Under the pieces are notes generated by a model, which saw only the letters and a list, made by a program, of their open reading frames with translations, ran no database searches and was not told the DNA's origin. The position numbers and the translations under genes are program-made. From the human T2T-CHM13v2.0 reference genome, Homo sapiens, in NCBI RefSeq assembly GCF_009914755.1, contig NC_060926.1: DNA of 64,000 bases; one strand, given 5' to 3'. Numbering within the stretch: position 1 is the first letter of the stretch; each line of letters starts with the position of its first letter. Shown piece by piece: positions 1 to 15,372 of this stretch.

Positions 1-2392
<2,392 letters not shown>

Positions 2393-3839
2393 TGGCTCTT
2401 CTGTGTCCTGTCACCTGCCTTTCCTGCCCTGGTAAACCTCATCTCCCGACTCTGGCACAGCACCCTCCCCTCCCTAATGTGGTCAGAATGGTCCATGTGA
2501 TGTGGGCCAATTGTCCAACCTATTAAAGCTGAACCTAGAAAAGGGCCCCAGTTTTCTAGCAGGCAGGTATCTGCAGGAAAGACAGTCAGGGCTCAGGGCC
2601 CAGGCTGCAGAGGCCAGCGAGGCCTCTGGATAACCGCAGGCTGGAAGGCAATGGCCAGGAGCTGGCAAGGGCAGGGACAGGAGCTGACCCGTCCTCTCCT
2701 CCAGGCAGCAGGTGGCAGGCGTGGTCCCTCTCCCTAGAGCCTGGCTCACCCCCATGACAGACCTTGCTCCTCCGTGAGGACAGAAGGACTCAGAGCAGAG
2801 GCCTTCAGACTAAAAGGCATTTGCCTGCAGCAAGCCAAGCCCGACAGCCATTTTCCCACTTTACAAATAAAAACAGAGGCTCACTCATCCTGGCCGGGAT
2901 GATGTCCAGGCCTCCCTCCCGAAGGAAGCCTGCTTTAATAATCAATCAAGGAGCCATAAACCCCTCAGGCACCAAGTATTTCCCAGCTGGACGCATACTT
3001 GTGTGAAGGGTGCGGTGTGGATAGAAATGTGTAATTGGGGGTGTTATGAATGGGGTGGCAGGGATAATGATGGCTTTGGTTTACTGACCTTGCTCCTCTC
3101 ATCCCTCAATCACTATCAAATAATGCGTTATAATTGAGAAAGAATCTGGGCAAAGCAAGAGAACTCACTAAGAATATTGGGTGCTAAAACTAGCTTTCTC
3201 ACATATTTAGGCAACAACAGTTAGCTAGTGTATACCATTCACTGGAAGGAACTGCATCTTTGGACAGGGAAGGAAGTGTAGATGAGCCATGCTGATTCTT
3301 TTAAATGTAACTGAAATGATTCCCAAAATGACCAAGTTGTTCAAGACAGGTTTGCAGCAGATGACATTGTTGTTTGGGATGACTCACCCCCTGTTTCCTT
3401 GTAGGCGGACCTCACTGACTTGGGTCATGACCACGTAACTGGTTCTGATCAATGGGGTGGGGTGGGCATAACCTATCCCACACCCCACAAACTTACATGA
3501 GCTTTTGTGTTCCTGGGCCCCGAGAGAGGAGTCCCTCTCTAAGAAAGTCAATTGCATGGGACACTGGAGAGAGAGGGACAAAAGGCTCGCAGGAGCTCTG
3601 GAGGCGGAGGTGTTAGTGCCACCTTGGACACCCCATCCACCCAGGGCTACACCCCATTCTTTACTGGCTTCTACCCTTCCTGCACCATCAGGCTCTGCCT
3701 CACCTCGAGGCTGTATGCCTTTTATTTCCTTCATAGCTTTTGCTGACTCTTATGATTGTCTCACTCTTCATGGCAGCCACATGAGGTCATGGGAGCTCAG
3801 GCTGAAGGCAGAGGTATCGTGCAGGTGGCGGGGGCTTGC

Positions 3840-3901
3840 CATCCAGGCCCAGAAATGTATGTCCAGTGGGAGGGCATCCAAGCCCAGAAATGTATGTCCA
3901 G
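3840..3901. repeat. Direct repeat, 35-bp period, ~2 copies
   Basis: catcca(g/a)gcccagaaatgtatgtccag occurs twice, 35 bp apart. Confidence 0.85.
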
Positions 3902-5812
3902 AGGTGCAAGGCAGGGGTGGTAGCCAGTGATGCCGAGAATGTCTGTGGGCTCCTTCCTTCTCCCTCTCAGTAAACTATGCCCTCTCCAAGGGCTCCAGGC
4001 CAGAGTGGACTTCAAGGCAGGACATGAAGCTTGGGAATGGGCTAAAGGGTTCGTCTGCTGGGGTTATCTCTCTGGCACTGACAGGCATGCTTTGGATCAG
4101 TGGTCCTCAAACTTTTCTCTGAAAGAATTTGGAAAAATTCTCTACTCCTCATATATCTTAAGTTTACATCTAAAAATGTTAATCATGTGTGTTAGACAGC
4201 TGCAAAGTCTGTAATTTCCAGGATATAATAAATAATAAATTTAAAAGTAAAACTATTGCCTTTTTAGAGTATCCATTAGCCTAACCAGGTGACCCTAGGG
4301 CAAGTTTGCTTCCTCCCTATGGCACTGCAGCTGATGTGCTCTTGAAAGCGCCACTTCCTGGCTGGAGGCCAACCAACACAAAATCAGTGCACCAAACAAA
4401 AACACTGCCAAGGACCTTCACAGGGTCCACTTCATTCCCCTGCTTCCTCCACCAGAGCAGGTGCTGGTAGCCACAGCTGAAAGGCCTGAAGATGGATCAC
4501 ATCACAGGACTGTTTGCAGACACTCCCCAGAACCAGCCAGGAGCCCAGTAGTTCCGCAGGGTGGCTAGACCCGGAAGAGAAAAAACAATCATTGCAGTTC
4601 AGCTCTCAGGAAGCCCCATCCCTAGGGGAAGGGGGAGAACACACATCAAGTGAGCACCCCGTGGAGCAAAACAACCTGAACAGCAGCCCTTGAGTCCCAG
4701 ATCTTCCCTCTGACATAGTCTATGCAGATGAGAAGGAACCAGAAAAACAATTCTGATAATATGACAAAACAGGGTTCTTTAACACCCCCAAAAGATCACA
4801 CCAGCTCACCAGCAATGGATCCAAACCAAGATGAACTCTCCGAATTGCCAGAAAAGAATTCAGAAGGTTGATTATTAAGCTAATCAAGGAGACACAAGAG
4901 AAAGGTGAAGTCCAATTAAAAAAAATAAAAAACACGATACAGGATATGAAAAGAAAGTTCTTCAATGAGACAGAGAGCATAAATTTTTTTTAAAAAACAT
5001 AACTTCTGGAAATCAAGGACACGCTTACAGAAATAGAGAATGCACTGGAAAGTCTCAACAATAGAATTGAACAAGTACAAGAAAGAACATCAGAGCTCGA
5101 AGACAAGGCTTTCAAATTAATCCAATCCATCAAAGACAAAGAAAAAAGAATTAAAAAAAAATGAACAAAGTCTCCAAGAAGTTTGGGACTATGTGAAATG
5201 TCCAAACCTAAGAATAATTGGTGTTCCTGAGGAATAAGAAAAATCTGAAAGTTTGGAAAACATATCTGAGGGAATAATTGAGGAAAACTCCCCTAGTCTT
5301 GCTAGAGATCTAGACATCCAAATACAACAAGCTCAAAGAACATCTGGGAAATTCATCACAAAAAGATCATCACCTAGACACATTGTCATCAGGTTTTCTA
5401 AAGTCAAGATGAAGGCAAGGATCTTAAGAGCTGGGAGTCGGAGGCATCAGGTAACCTATTAAGGAAAACCTGTCAGAGTAACAGCAGATTTCTCAGCAGA
5501 AACGCTACAAGTTAGAAGGGACTGGGGTCCTATTTTAGCCTCCTTAAACAAAACAATTATCAGCCAATAATTTTGTATTCAGTGAAACTAAGCTTCATAA
5601 AGAAAGGAAAGATAACAGTCTTTTCCAGACAAACAAATGCGAGAAAATTCGCCACTACCAAGCCAGCACTATAAGAACTGCAAAAAGGAGCTCTAAATCT
5701 TGAAAGAAATCCTCAAAATACACCAAAATAGAACCTCCTTAAAGCATAAATCTCATAGGACCTATATAACAATAACATAAAGGGAAAAAAAGGTATTCAG
5801 GCAACAAATAAC

Positions 5813-6619
5813 ATGATGAATAGTATTGTACCTCACATCTCATTACTAACATTAAACGTAAATGGCCTAAAGGCTACACATGAAAGATACAGAATGGCAA
5901 AATGGATAAGAATTCACCAATCAAGTTTCTACTGTCTTCAGGAGACTCACCTAACACATAAGGACTCAGAAAAACTTAAGGTAAAGGGGTGGAAAAAGAT
6001 ATTCCATACAAATGGACACCAAAAGCAAGCAGGGGTAGCTATTCTTATATCAGACAAAACAAACTTTAAAGCAACAGCAGTTAAAAAAGACAAAGAGGGA
6101 CATTATATAATGATAAAACGACTAGTACAACAGGAAAATATCACAGTCTTAAATATATATGCACCTAACATCGGAGCTCCTAAATTTATAAAACAATTAC
6201 TACTAGACCTAAGAAATGAGATAGATGGCAACACAGTAGTGAGAGACTTTAATACGTTACTGACTGTACTAGAAAGATCATTAAGACAGAAAGTCAGCAA
6301 AGAAACCATGGACTTAAACTATACCCTACAACAAATGGACTTAACAGATATTTACAGAACATTCTACCCAACAACTGAAGAATATACAAGCTATTTATCA
6401 GCACATGGAACATTCTCCAAGATAGACCATATCATAGGCCACAAAACAAGTCTTAGTAAATTTAAGAAAATCAAAATTATATCATGTACTCTTTCAGACC
6501 ACAGTGGAATAAAATTGGAAATCAACTCCAAAAGGAACCCTCAAAACCATGCAAATACATGGAAATTAAATAACTTGTTCCTGAACAATCATTGGGTCAA
6601 CAATGAAATCAAGATGTAA
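5813..6619 (+). pseudogene. L1 ORF2 APE-like endonuclease domain, open for 268 codons then premature stop
   Basis: Motifs LNVNGL, CLQETH, NIYAPN, DFNT, SKIDH and LSDHS are all in one frame. Confidence 0.93.
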
Positions 6620-7195
6620 ATTAAAAAATTATTTTAACTGAATGATAATAGTGACACAACCTATCAACACCTCTGGGATACAGCAAAAGCAATGCTAAGA
6701 GGAAAGTTCACAGTATTAAGTGCGTACATCAAAATGTCTGAAAGAACACAAATAGACAATCTAAGGTCACACCTCAAAGAACTGGAGAAACAAGAACAAT
6801 CCAAACCCAGACCCAGCAAAAGAAAATAAATAATGAAGATCAGAGCAGAACTAAACGAATTGAAACAAACAAACAAAAAATACAAAAGATAAATAAAACA
6901 AAAAGCTGACTCCTTGAAAATACTAATACAATTGATAGCCCATCAGTGAGATTAACCAAGAAAATAAGAGATAAGATCCAAATAAGCTCAATTAGAAATG
7001 AAATGGGAGATTACTACTGATACCACAGAAATACAAAAGATTATTTAATGAATAGTGAACATTGTTATGTGCATAAACTAGAAAACCTAGAGGAGATAGA
7101 TAAGTTCTTCTAGATTAAACCGGGAAGATATAGAAACTCTGAACAGACAAATAACAAACAGCAAGGTTGAAATGGTAATTTAAAATAAAAATGCT

Positions 7196-7496
<301 letters not shown>

Positions 7497-7815
7497 GTAA
7501 ATGCCAACAAAAAGAAGTTCAGGACAGATGGGTTCACAGCTGAATTATATCAGACATTTAAAGAAGAATTGGTACCAATCTTACTGACACTATTCCACAG
7601 GATAGAGAAAGAGGGAATTCTCCCTACATCATTCTATTAAGCTATTATTACCCTAATACCAAAACCAGAGAAGGACATAACAAAAAAAGAAAACTGCAGA
7701 CCAATATCCCTGATGAACATAGATGCAAAAATTGTCAACAAAATACTAGCTAACTGAATCCAACAGCATTATCAAAAAGATAATCCAACATGGTCAAGTA
7801 GGTTTCATACCAGGG

Positions 7816-8277
7816 ATGCAGGGATGGTTTAACGACTGCAAGTCAATAAATGTGATACACCACATCAACATAATTAAAAACAAAAATCACACGATTATCT
7901 CAATAGATGCAGAAAAAGCATTTGACAAAATCCAGCATTGTTTTATGATTAAAACTCTCAGCAAAATCGGCATAGAAGAAACACACCTTAAGGTAATAAA
8001 AGCCATCTATGACAAACCCACAGCCAACATTATACTGAACGGGGAAAGGTTGAAAGCATTTCCTCTGAAAACTGGAGCAAGACAAGGATGCCCACTTTCA
8101 CCACTTCTATTCAACATAGTACTAGAAGTACCAGCCAGAGCAATCAGACAAGAGAAAGAAATCAAGGACATCCAAATTTGTAAAGAGGAAGTCAAACTAT
8201 CGCTGTTTGCTGATGATATGATCATATGCCTAGAAAACCCTAGACTCATTCAAAAAGCTCCTAGAACTGGTAAATGA
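7816..8277 (+). pseudogene. L1 ORF2 reverse transcriptase fragment
   Basis: [32 protein letters not shown] and LSLFADDM motifs. Confidence 0.93.
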
Positions 8278-9804
8278 ATTCAGCAGGGTTTCAGGATACA
8301 AAATTAATGTACACAAATCAGTAGTTCCGCTATACACCAACAGCGACCAAGCTGAGAATCAAATCAAGAACTCAATCCCTTTTACAATAGCTGCAAAAAA
8401 ATAATGAAATACTTAGGAATATACCTAACCGAGGAAGTGAAATACCTCTACAAGGAAAACTACAAAACACTGCTGAATGTAATCATAGACAACATAAACA
8501 AATGGAAACACATCCCATGCTCACGGATGGGTAGAACCAATATTGTGAAAATTACCACACTGCCAAAAATAATCTACAAATTCAATGCAATTCCCATCAA
8601 AATACCACCATCATTCTTCACGAACCAGAAAAAAAATCCTAAATTTTATATCAAATGAAAAAAAAGAGTCCACATAGTCAAAGCAAGACTAACCAAAAAG
8701 AACAAATGTGAAGGCATCACATTACCTGACTTCAAACTATAGTATAGGGTCATAGTCACCAAAACAGCATGGTACTAGTATAAAAATAGGCACATACCAA
8801 TGGAACAGAATAGAGAACCCAGAAATAAAGCCAAACTGATCTTTGACAACTAATCTTCGACAAAGCAAACAAAAACATAAAGTGGGGAAAGGACACCCTA
8901 TTCAACAAATGGTGCTGGGATAATTGGCAAGCCACGTGTAGAAGAATGAAACTGGATCCTCATCTGTTACCCTATACAAAAATCAACTCAAGATTGATCA
9001 AAGACTTAAATCTGAGACCTGAAACAATAAAAATTCTGGAAGGTAATATCAGAAAAACTCTTCTAGACATTGGTTTAAGCAAAGACGTCATGACCAAGAA
9101 CACCAAAGCAAATGCAGCAAAAACAAAGATAAATAGATGGGACTTCATTAAATGAAAAAGCTTCTGCACAGGAAAATAAATAATCAGCAGAGGTAACAGA
9201 CAACCCACAGAGTGGGAAAAAAATCTTCACAATCTATACATCTGAAAAAGGACTAATATCCAGAATCTATAAATAACTCAAACAAATTAGCAAGAAAAAA
9301 ACAAACAATCCCATCAAAAAGTGGGCAAAGGAAATGAATAGACAATTCTCAAAAGAAGATATACAAATGGCCAACAAGCATATGGAAAAATGCTCAGCAT
9401 CACTAACGACCAGGGAAATGCAAATCAAAACCACAATGCGATACCACCTTACTCCTGCAAGAATGGCCATAATCAAAAAATCAAAAAATAATAGATATTG
9501 GCATGGATGTGATGTAAAGGGAACACTTTTGCACGTTGGTAGGAATGTAAACTAATACAACCACTATGGAAAACATTGTGGAGATTCTTTGAAGAACTAA
9601 AAGTAGATGTACCATTTGATTCAGCAATCCCACTACTAGATATATATACAGGGGAAAAGAAGTCACTATACAAAATGATACTTGCATATGCATGTGTATA
9701 GCAGCACATTTTGCAACTGCAAAAATGTGGAATCAGCCCAAATGCCCATCAATCAACAAGTGGATAAAGAAATACATACATCTCACACTTTATCATCTAT
9801 TTTT

Positions 9805-9813
9805 ATCTATCTG

Positions 9814-9862
<49 letters not shown>
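9805..9862. repeat. (TATC)n tetranucleotide microsatellite inside the L1
   Basis: Run of TATC/TCTA units with one TGTC variant. Confidence 0.97.
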
Positions 9863-10293
9863 GCAATGGAATACTACTCAGCCATAAAAAGGAATAAAAT
9901 ATTGGCATTCACAGCAACCTGGATGGAACTGGAGATCATTATTCTCAAGTAACTCAGGAATGGAAAACCAAACATCGTATGTTCTCACTCATAAGTGGGA
10001 GTTAATTATGAGGACGAAAAGGCAAAAGAATGATACAGTGGACTTTGGGGACTCAGGCAGAAGGGTGGGCGGGCGGTGTGAGATAAAGGACTAACACTGG
10101 GTATGGCGTATACTGCTCGGGTGATGGGTGCACCAAAATCTCAGAAATCACCACTGAAGAACTGATTCACATAACCAAACACCACCTGTTCCCAAAAACC
10201 TATTGAAATAAAAAATAAATTAAAAAAAACACTCTTGAGGGAAATTCTGATCATGTTCATCCTTAAGTTCTTGACACAGTGACTGGCATGTAC

Positions 10294-10295
<2 letters not shown>

Positions 10296-10325
<30 letters not shown>

Positions 10326-10510
10326 CATTCTTCAGTGCTTACCAGACAACATGTTAAGACTTTTATATGCAGTATCTTGCTTTATCTTCAAAACAATCCT
10401 AAGAAGTCAGCACTCTTTTAGTCCTATTTCATAGATGGGCTGCCTAAGATGTTACTGCTAGTAAATGGGGAAGTTGGGATTCAGACCCAGGTACAGTCTA
10501 GTGCCTAATA
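10296..10510. mobile_element. (TAA)n tract followed by a degenerate MIR
   Basis: taataataa run, then MIR-like tcttcaaaacaatcctaagaag...gtaaatggggaagttgggattcagacccagg. Confidence 0.65.
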
Positions 10511-12000
10511 CTACCCGCCCTGAGCGTTTACGGAATCAGCAGATGAGATTGTGGGTCACATACCTGGCACTGGGTGTTCCAATGAAAGATGCAATATTAT
10601 CATCCCAATCACTTCGCTGACTCCTTCCCCATGAGAAACGGAAAGGACATAATCCAGTCACATTCTAAAAAGGGCCTGATAGAAGAGGGTGCAATTACAG
10701 ACCTTCATTCTCCTGGTCCCCAGCTTCAAGTAAGATGAATGAAAGTCTTCATTCTCAGTGCAGCTTAGCGACCTGTAACCCTCTGCTTCTCTGTCTCTTG
10801 ATGTTTTCTTTTCTTGCCCTTAGGATGTAAATCTGCAGCTTTCCCAGGAAAGGCCACGTGCCAGACATTCTTTCAGGCCGTGGGCCTCACCAGCAGCCTC
10901 CTGAACTCGCTTTCTACTGAGAACTTGCCTGGAACCAGGGATGGGACTCAAAACCTTTTCACCATTCCAGCCGCAGGATGCCCTGGTGTCTGAGAAAGGA
11001 AAAGAAAACTCTTTCATGACCAGTGCCTCTTCCCCTACCTTGCCAGGAGAGGCAGGGAAACACCTCCCACTCCCAGGGTGGTCTTGGAGGCCAAGTCAGA
11101 CCAGGGTGGGGAAACGCCGTGGATAGTCAGCCGAGCTGCACTTGGGATGTGAGAATTCTAAAATAGTGAGTGGACCTCACACCTCAGGGGAGAGCCTCCC
11201 TCTGGGCTCTTAACCCCAGATGCGTCCTCCATACTCCTTCCTGGCTGTCCAGCAGAAGCAGACTTGACCACACCACTCCCCAGCTTAAAGCCCACCCCGG
11301 ACTCCAGGGTGCGTCCAGCCCCAGTCCTGCCATGCCGGCTTCTCCACATCAGCCCTGCCCACCCTCCAGCCCCACAGCCAGCCACCCCGCCCGGCCACTG
11401 TGCCCACCCAGCCCCAAGCTGTGGACGGGTTCCCCAGGACCCTGCAGTCCTCAACCTTCACCTCCTTGCTAGTCAGGAGTCTCCAAAGAAACAGAACCAA
11501 CAGGATCCTGCTTCTATCCTGGCTCTGAGCCGTCTCCATCACTAGCACTGTGGAGATGGAGCTGCTTCCCCTGCTGGCCTGCCCTTGTCCATCTTATGTT
11601 GTAACTGCAGGACCCACATGTGGTGAGTGTTGTTTGGAGTTTATTGAGTGCATGAAGCCTCTGGGGTCATCTGAAAACAAGCAGTGAGCTCACAGCCCCC
11701 CTCCACCACCTGACTGCATTCATCCTGGCTAGGAAGAACCCACAGCAGGCCTCACACCCAAGACCAGCCGACTTTGGGCTCCAAAAGGCACCTTGTACCA
11801 ATTTGGACTTGGACCTTCAGGGGTCTCCTCCTCTGAGGACCTGGGATTCCCATGTTTCTGATCCAGTAAGAAGCAAACTCAACCAAATCACTCCCCACCC
11901 TTACACCAATTTTACCAAAAATCCCATATTCCTGCCTCACTGCACCTCTAACCAGGACACAGTTTACCACTCCTGTCTCCAAAGATCCTGCCCTGGGGGC

Positions 12001-12445
12001 TGTTGTATGTTGAATGGTGGCCCCAGAACGATGTGTCCAAGTCCTGAGCCCTGGTACCTATGAATGTGACCATACTGGGGAAGGATCTCTGCAGCTGTAA
12101 TTAAGTGAAGAATCTTGAGATGAGATCTTCTAGATTAGCTGGATGGGCCCTAAATGCATGGACAAGCATCCTCACAAGGAGAGGAGGAGACACCGAGGAG
12201 AAATGCAGAGAGGAAGGCCTGGGAGAGTGGAGACAGAGACCGGAGAAAAGCATCAAGGAATGCAGAACGCCGCCGGCAGCCCAGGAGCCGGAGAGGAGCC
12301 AGGAGGGGACTCCCTCAGAGCCTGCGGGGTCCTGGCCCTGCTGACACTTGAATTTCGGGCCTCTGGCCTCCAGAACTGTGAGAAAATATGTTTCTGTTGT
12401 TTTAAGCCCCCTCGTTGGCGGTAATTTGTCACTGCAGCCCCAGAA
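12001..12445 (+). mobile_element. MaLR solo LTR (MLT1B/C-like)
   Basis: Starts TGTTGTATGTTGAATGGTGGCCCC; ends with the typical ctctggcctccagaactgtgagaaaatatgtttctgttgttttaagcc. Confidence 0.85.
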
Positions 12446-12514
12446 GTCTCTGTGGTCCTGCCCTACCTCCCCACCCCATCTCAACTCCTCCCTCACCAGC
12501 TCCAGCTGCACTGG

Positions 12515-13028
12515 CCTCCTTCCGCCCTCCTCCTTCCCCATCCTTCCTCCTTCCTCTTTCCTCCTCCCTCCTGCTTCCCCCTCCTCCCTCCTGCCTCCCC
12601 CCTGCTTTTTCTCCCCTCCTGCCTCTTGCCTCCTTCCTCCTCCCTCCTCCTTCCTCCTCCCTCCTCCATCCTCCTTCCTCCCTCCTCTGTCCTCCCTCCT
12701 CCCTCTTCCCTCTTGCCTCACTTCTGTTTCCTCCTCCCTCCTGCCTCCTCCCTCCTGCTTCCTCCCTCCTTCCTCTTTCCTCCTTCCTCCTCCCTCCTCC
12801 TTCCTCCTCCCTCCTCTGTCCTCCTTCCTCCCTCCTCTGTCCTCCCTCCTCCCTCTTCCCTCTTGCCTCACTTCTGTTTCCTGCCTCCTCCCTCCTGCCT
12901 CCTCCCTCCTTCCTCTTTCCTCCTCCCTCCTCCCTCCCTCTCCTCCCTCCTTTTTATTCCCTCCTCCCTCCCGCCTCCTCCCTCCTTCCTCCTCCATCCT
13001 CCCTCCTCCCTCCTCCCTCCTGCCTCCA
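12515..13028. repeat. ~510-bp polypyrimidine/polypurine (CCT/CCCT) tract with an internal ~150-bp duplication
   Basis: Almost entirely C/T on +. The block cctcctctgtcctccctcctccctcttccctcttgcctcacttctgtttcct occurs at 12681 and 12831. Confidence 0.95.
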
Positions 13029-13910
13029 CCGGGCCCGGCCAATGTCTCCTCTCATGCATGCTTCTCACCAGCTGGTCCCGCAGCCCCACCGGCCTCCTTC
13101 CTCCCTGCCGATCTCACTCACAAGTTGCTTCCCTCCATGGCCTAGGCTGCCCACCGCCCAAAATGCAGCCCCTCTGCCTCCCCCTCCCTGCTCCTGTCTT
13201 TGTCCTGAGCCCTCAGCACTGTTCAGCTGCTTCCCTTCCCGCCTGAACATGAACCCCACCAGGGAAAGGTCTTGGTGTATTTTGGTTTTTTCTCTTATTG
13301 TCCCAAGCCCCTGGAGTAAAGCCCAGCTCAAGTGCACCATGGGCAAGAGTTGGTGTGTGAACAGATGAGAGATTCAAGGGCAAAGAGCCGGCTGTCACGG
13401 GCGGGTGCGCGAGGGAAGGAGGGCAGTCTGGTGATGGGGCTGATGGTGCGGCCCAGCTGGGGAGAGGTCTCATTGCACTGGCTTCTGGGGTGGCTGATGG
13501 TCTTTCCCTGGCTGGCACCGGAGCTACTGGCCCTCCAGCCCCCGTGGGCAGGAGGAGGCAGCCTCAGCCCCACGAGATTCCTGTAGGCTCAGACACTGGG
13601 TCAGATGCTCCTGGTGTGCGAGGAAAGCCTGCCCTGTCGCTAAATACACCCTTGCTTCTGTATGGATCAGGATCAAGTATCAAGTGTAATAGCAGATGAG
13701 GAGCCGTGGTATTTTCTCAGTAAATAACGGGTGGGCTGGGATTGGCGTCCGTGCCAGCTGACCGCAAGTGCGGCGGCCCCCAGGGCTCTTTATTGCCAAG
13801 ATCCTGCCTTGTAAATTGTTGGTGTTCACAGCGAGTGGGGACCTGGTTCTCACGGCTCCTCTCTCCGTCCCATTAATTACCTCCATGGAGGAAGCGAGGT
13901 CAGGACTCCC

Positions 13911-14018
13911 ACCCAGGTGACTTCGTCGCAGGGCTGTTCCGCCGTGACCCAGGTGAGTTCGTCGCAGGGCTGTTCCGCCGTGACCCGGGTGACTTCGTCG
14001 CAGGGCTGTTCCACCGTG
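13911..14018. repeat. CpG-rich 36-bp minisatellite, 3 copies
   Basis: Unit acccaggtgacttcgtcgcagggctgttccgccgtg at 13911, 13947 and 13983, with 1-2 substitutions each. Confidence 0.97.
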
Positions 14019-15329
14019 GTTCTGGAAGGTGCTTTTCTTACCCACCATCGCCTTACCACCTGAAGCCAAGAAATGCTTTTAAAGGGGATGGCAGAGGGGA
14101 CAGAAGGAGGAAGCCATAGGCCCTGTGCCAAGTGCTGGGCCTGCAGCCCCCACTTCTCCTCGCTGGCGTTTGAGCTGGGGACGTGATGACCCCGTGTGAA
14201 ACGAGGGGACAGGGGCTCACGGAGGCCGCGTGGCTTTCCCAGGGCTCCACCCCACTGGTGAGTGGTCAGCCAGGACGTGGCTCCCCGTCCCTCCGGTGAC
14301 CAGGTGGGCACTGGCTCCTGATGGTTCGAAGCCCCGGTCAGCCCCCGCCATCCCTAAACTAGTGACTTCCACTTGCGTTCTCCCCCAGGGTCTTCGGGGC
14401 ACCCCACGGGAGAGAGCACCTGCAAGGACCACAACACGTGAGGCTGTGATGAGTCCTGCGACAGGCAGGAACTTGTACTTGGCCCCCGGCGACCCGGGCG
14501 ATTTGCGGGTCTTCCTCTTGGTTTAACGAAGGCTCTAGCCCGGTTCCGGAGCCCACCAAGACGCTGAAGCCATCAGTTCTTGGCTTGCATTTCTAGAGCC
14601 ACCCGTGTAGTTGCGAGACAGTGAGAAAGTTCGCCCGAGTTGCAATCCTGCCCGTGCCTCTGTCTAGGAGCGACTGTGGCTTCGGGTTAAGCCTCTGTCT
14701 TTACCTGTAGTGGGAGATGTCTGCTCGTCACCCACAGGCGTGGCCCATGTGTGTCTGCCACGTTGTGTCGTGCATGTGCCCTGGTCCTGTGCTTCTCAGT
14801 GACTGAGTTCTCTCGTCCACCCAATGCCTGGTCTGTGACCTCCGGCACCGTCCACCACTCGCAGCCCCCGCAGTGCTCCCAGAAGCCCTCCACTCTCCTC
14901 TCTCCATCATCTCACCAATAGCTGTTTTCCTTCTCTGAGCGTCCTGAATCGAAGCCCCGTTATTCCTGGACATGGACTGTTCGTGGGGGCGGGGTGTGCT
15001 GAGCCTGTGACCTTCCCGTCAGTAGATTAATTCTGCAAGACTTCCTCTTTGGTCAATCTCCTATCCCCCACCAGGACAACTAAAATTGCTAGATGGCGGC
15101 GCTTTTATTAACCAGAGATGGTTTTATAATCGTCAACTCAGAGTAGCCAATTAGTCCCTCTCCTCACGCACTCACACAGACACGTGTCCAGGGCTGTGCT
15201 GTTCTAAACTCGCTGACCCGCATTCTCCTATCAGGAGCCCTCCAAACGGAAAATGGCTCCAGCAGCAATACCGCCAACAAAAACACAGCTTTGCAGGGCA
15301 GCTGCGTCTGCGATGCGCTCAGCCCAGAC

Positions 15330-15372
15330 CCGCCCACCTGCCTAGCACCGCCCACTCGCCTAGCACCGCCCA
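15330..15372. repeat. 18-bp tandem repeat, ~2.4 copies
   Basis: ccgcccac(ct/tc)gcctagca repeated. Confidence 0.8.

Noticed and set aside
12101-13368. Long overlapping ORFs of 264-317 aa (E/G/R-rich or P/S/L-rich)
   Set aside because: They are open only because the CCT low-complexity tract lacks stop codons in several frames.
13911-14018. 36-bp repeats as a CRISPR array
   Set aside because: Units are head-to-tail with no spacers, no cas genes are present, and the DNA is primate.
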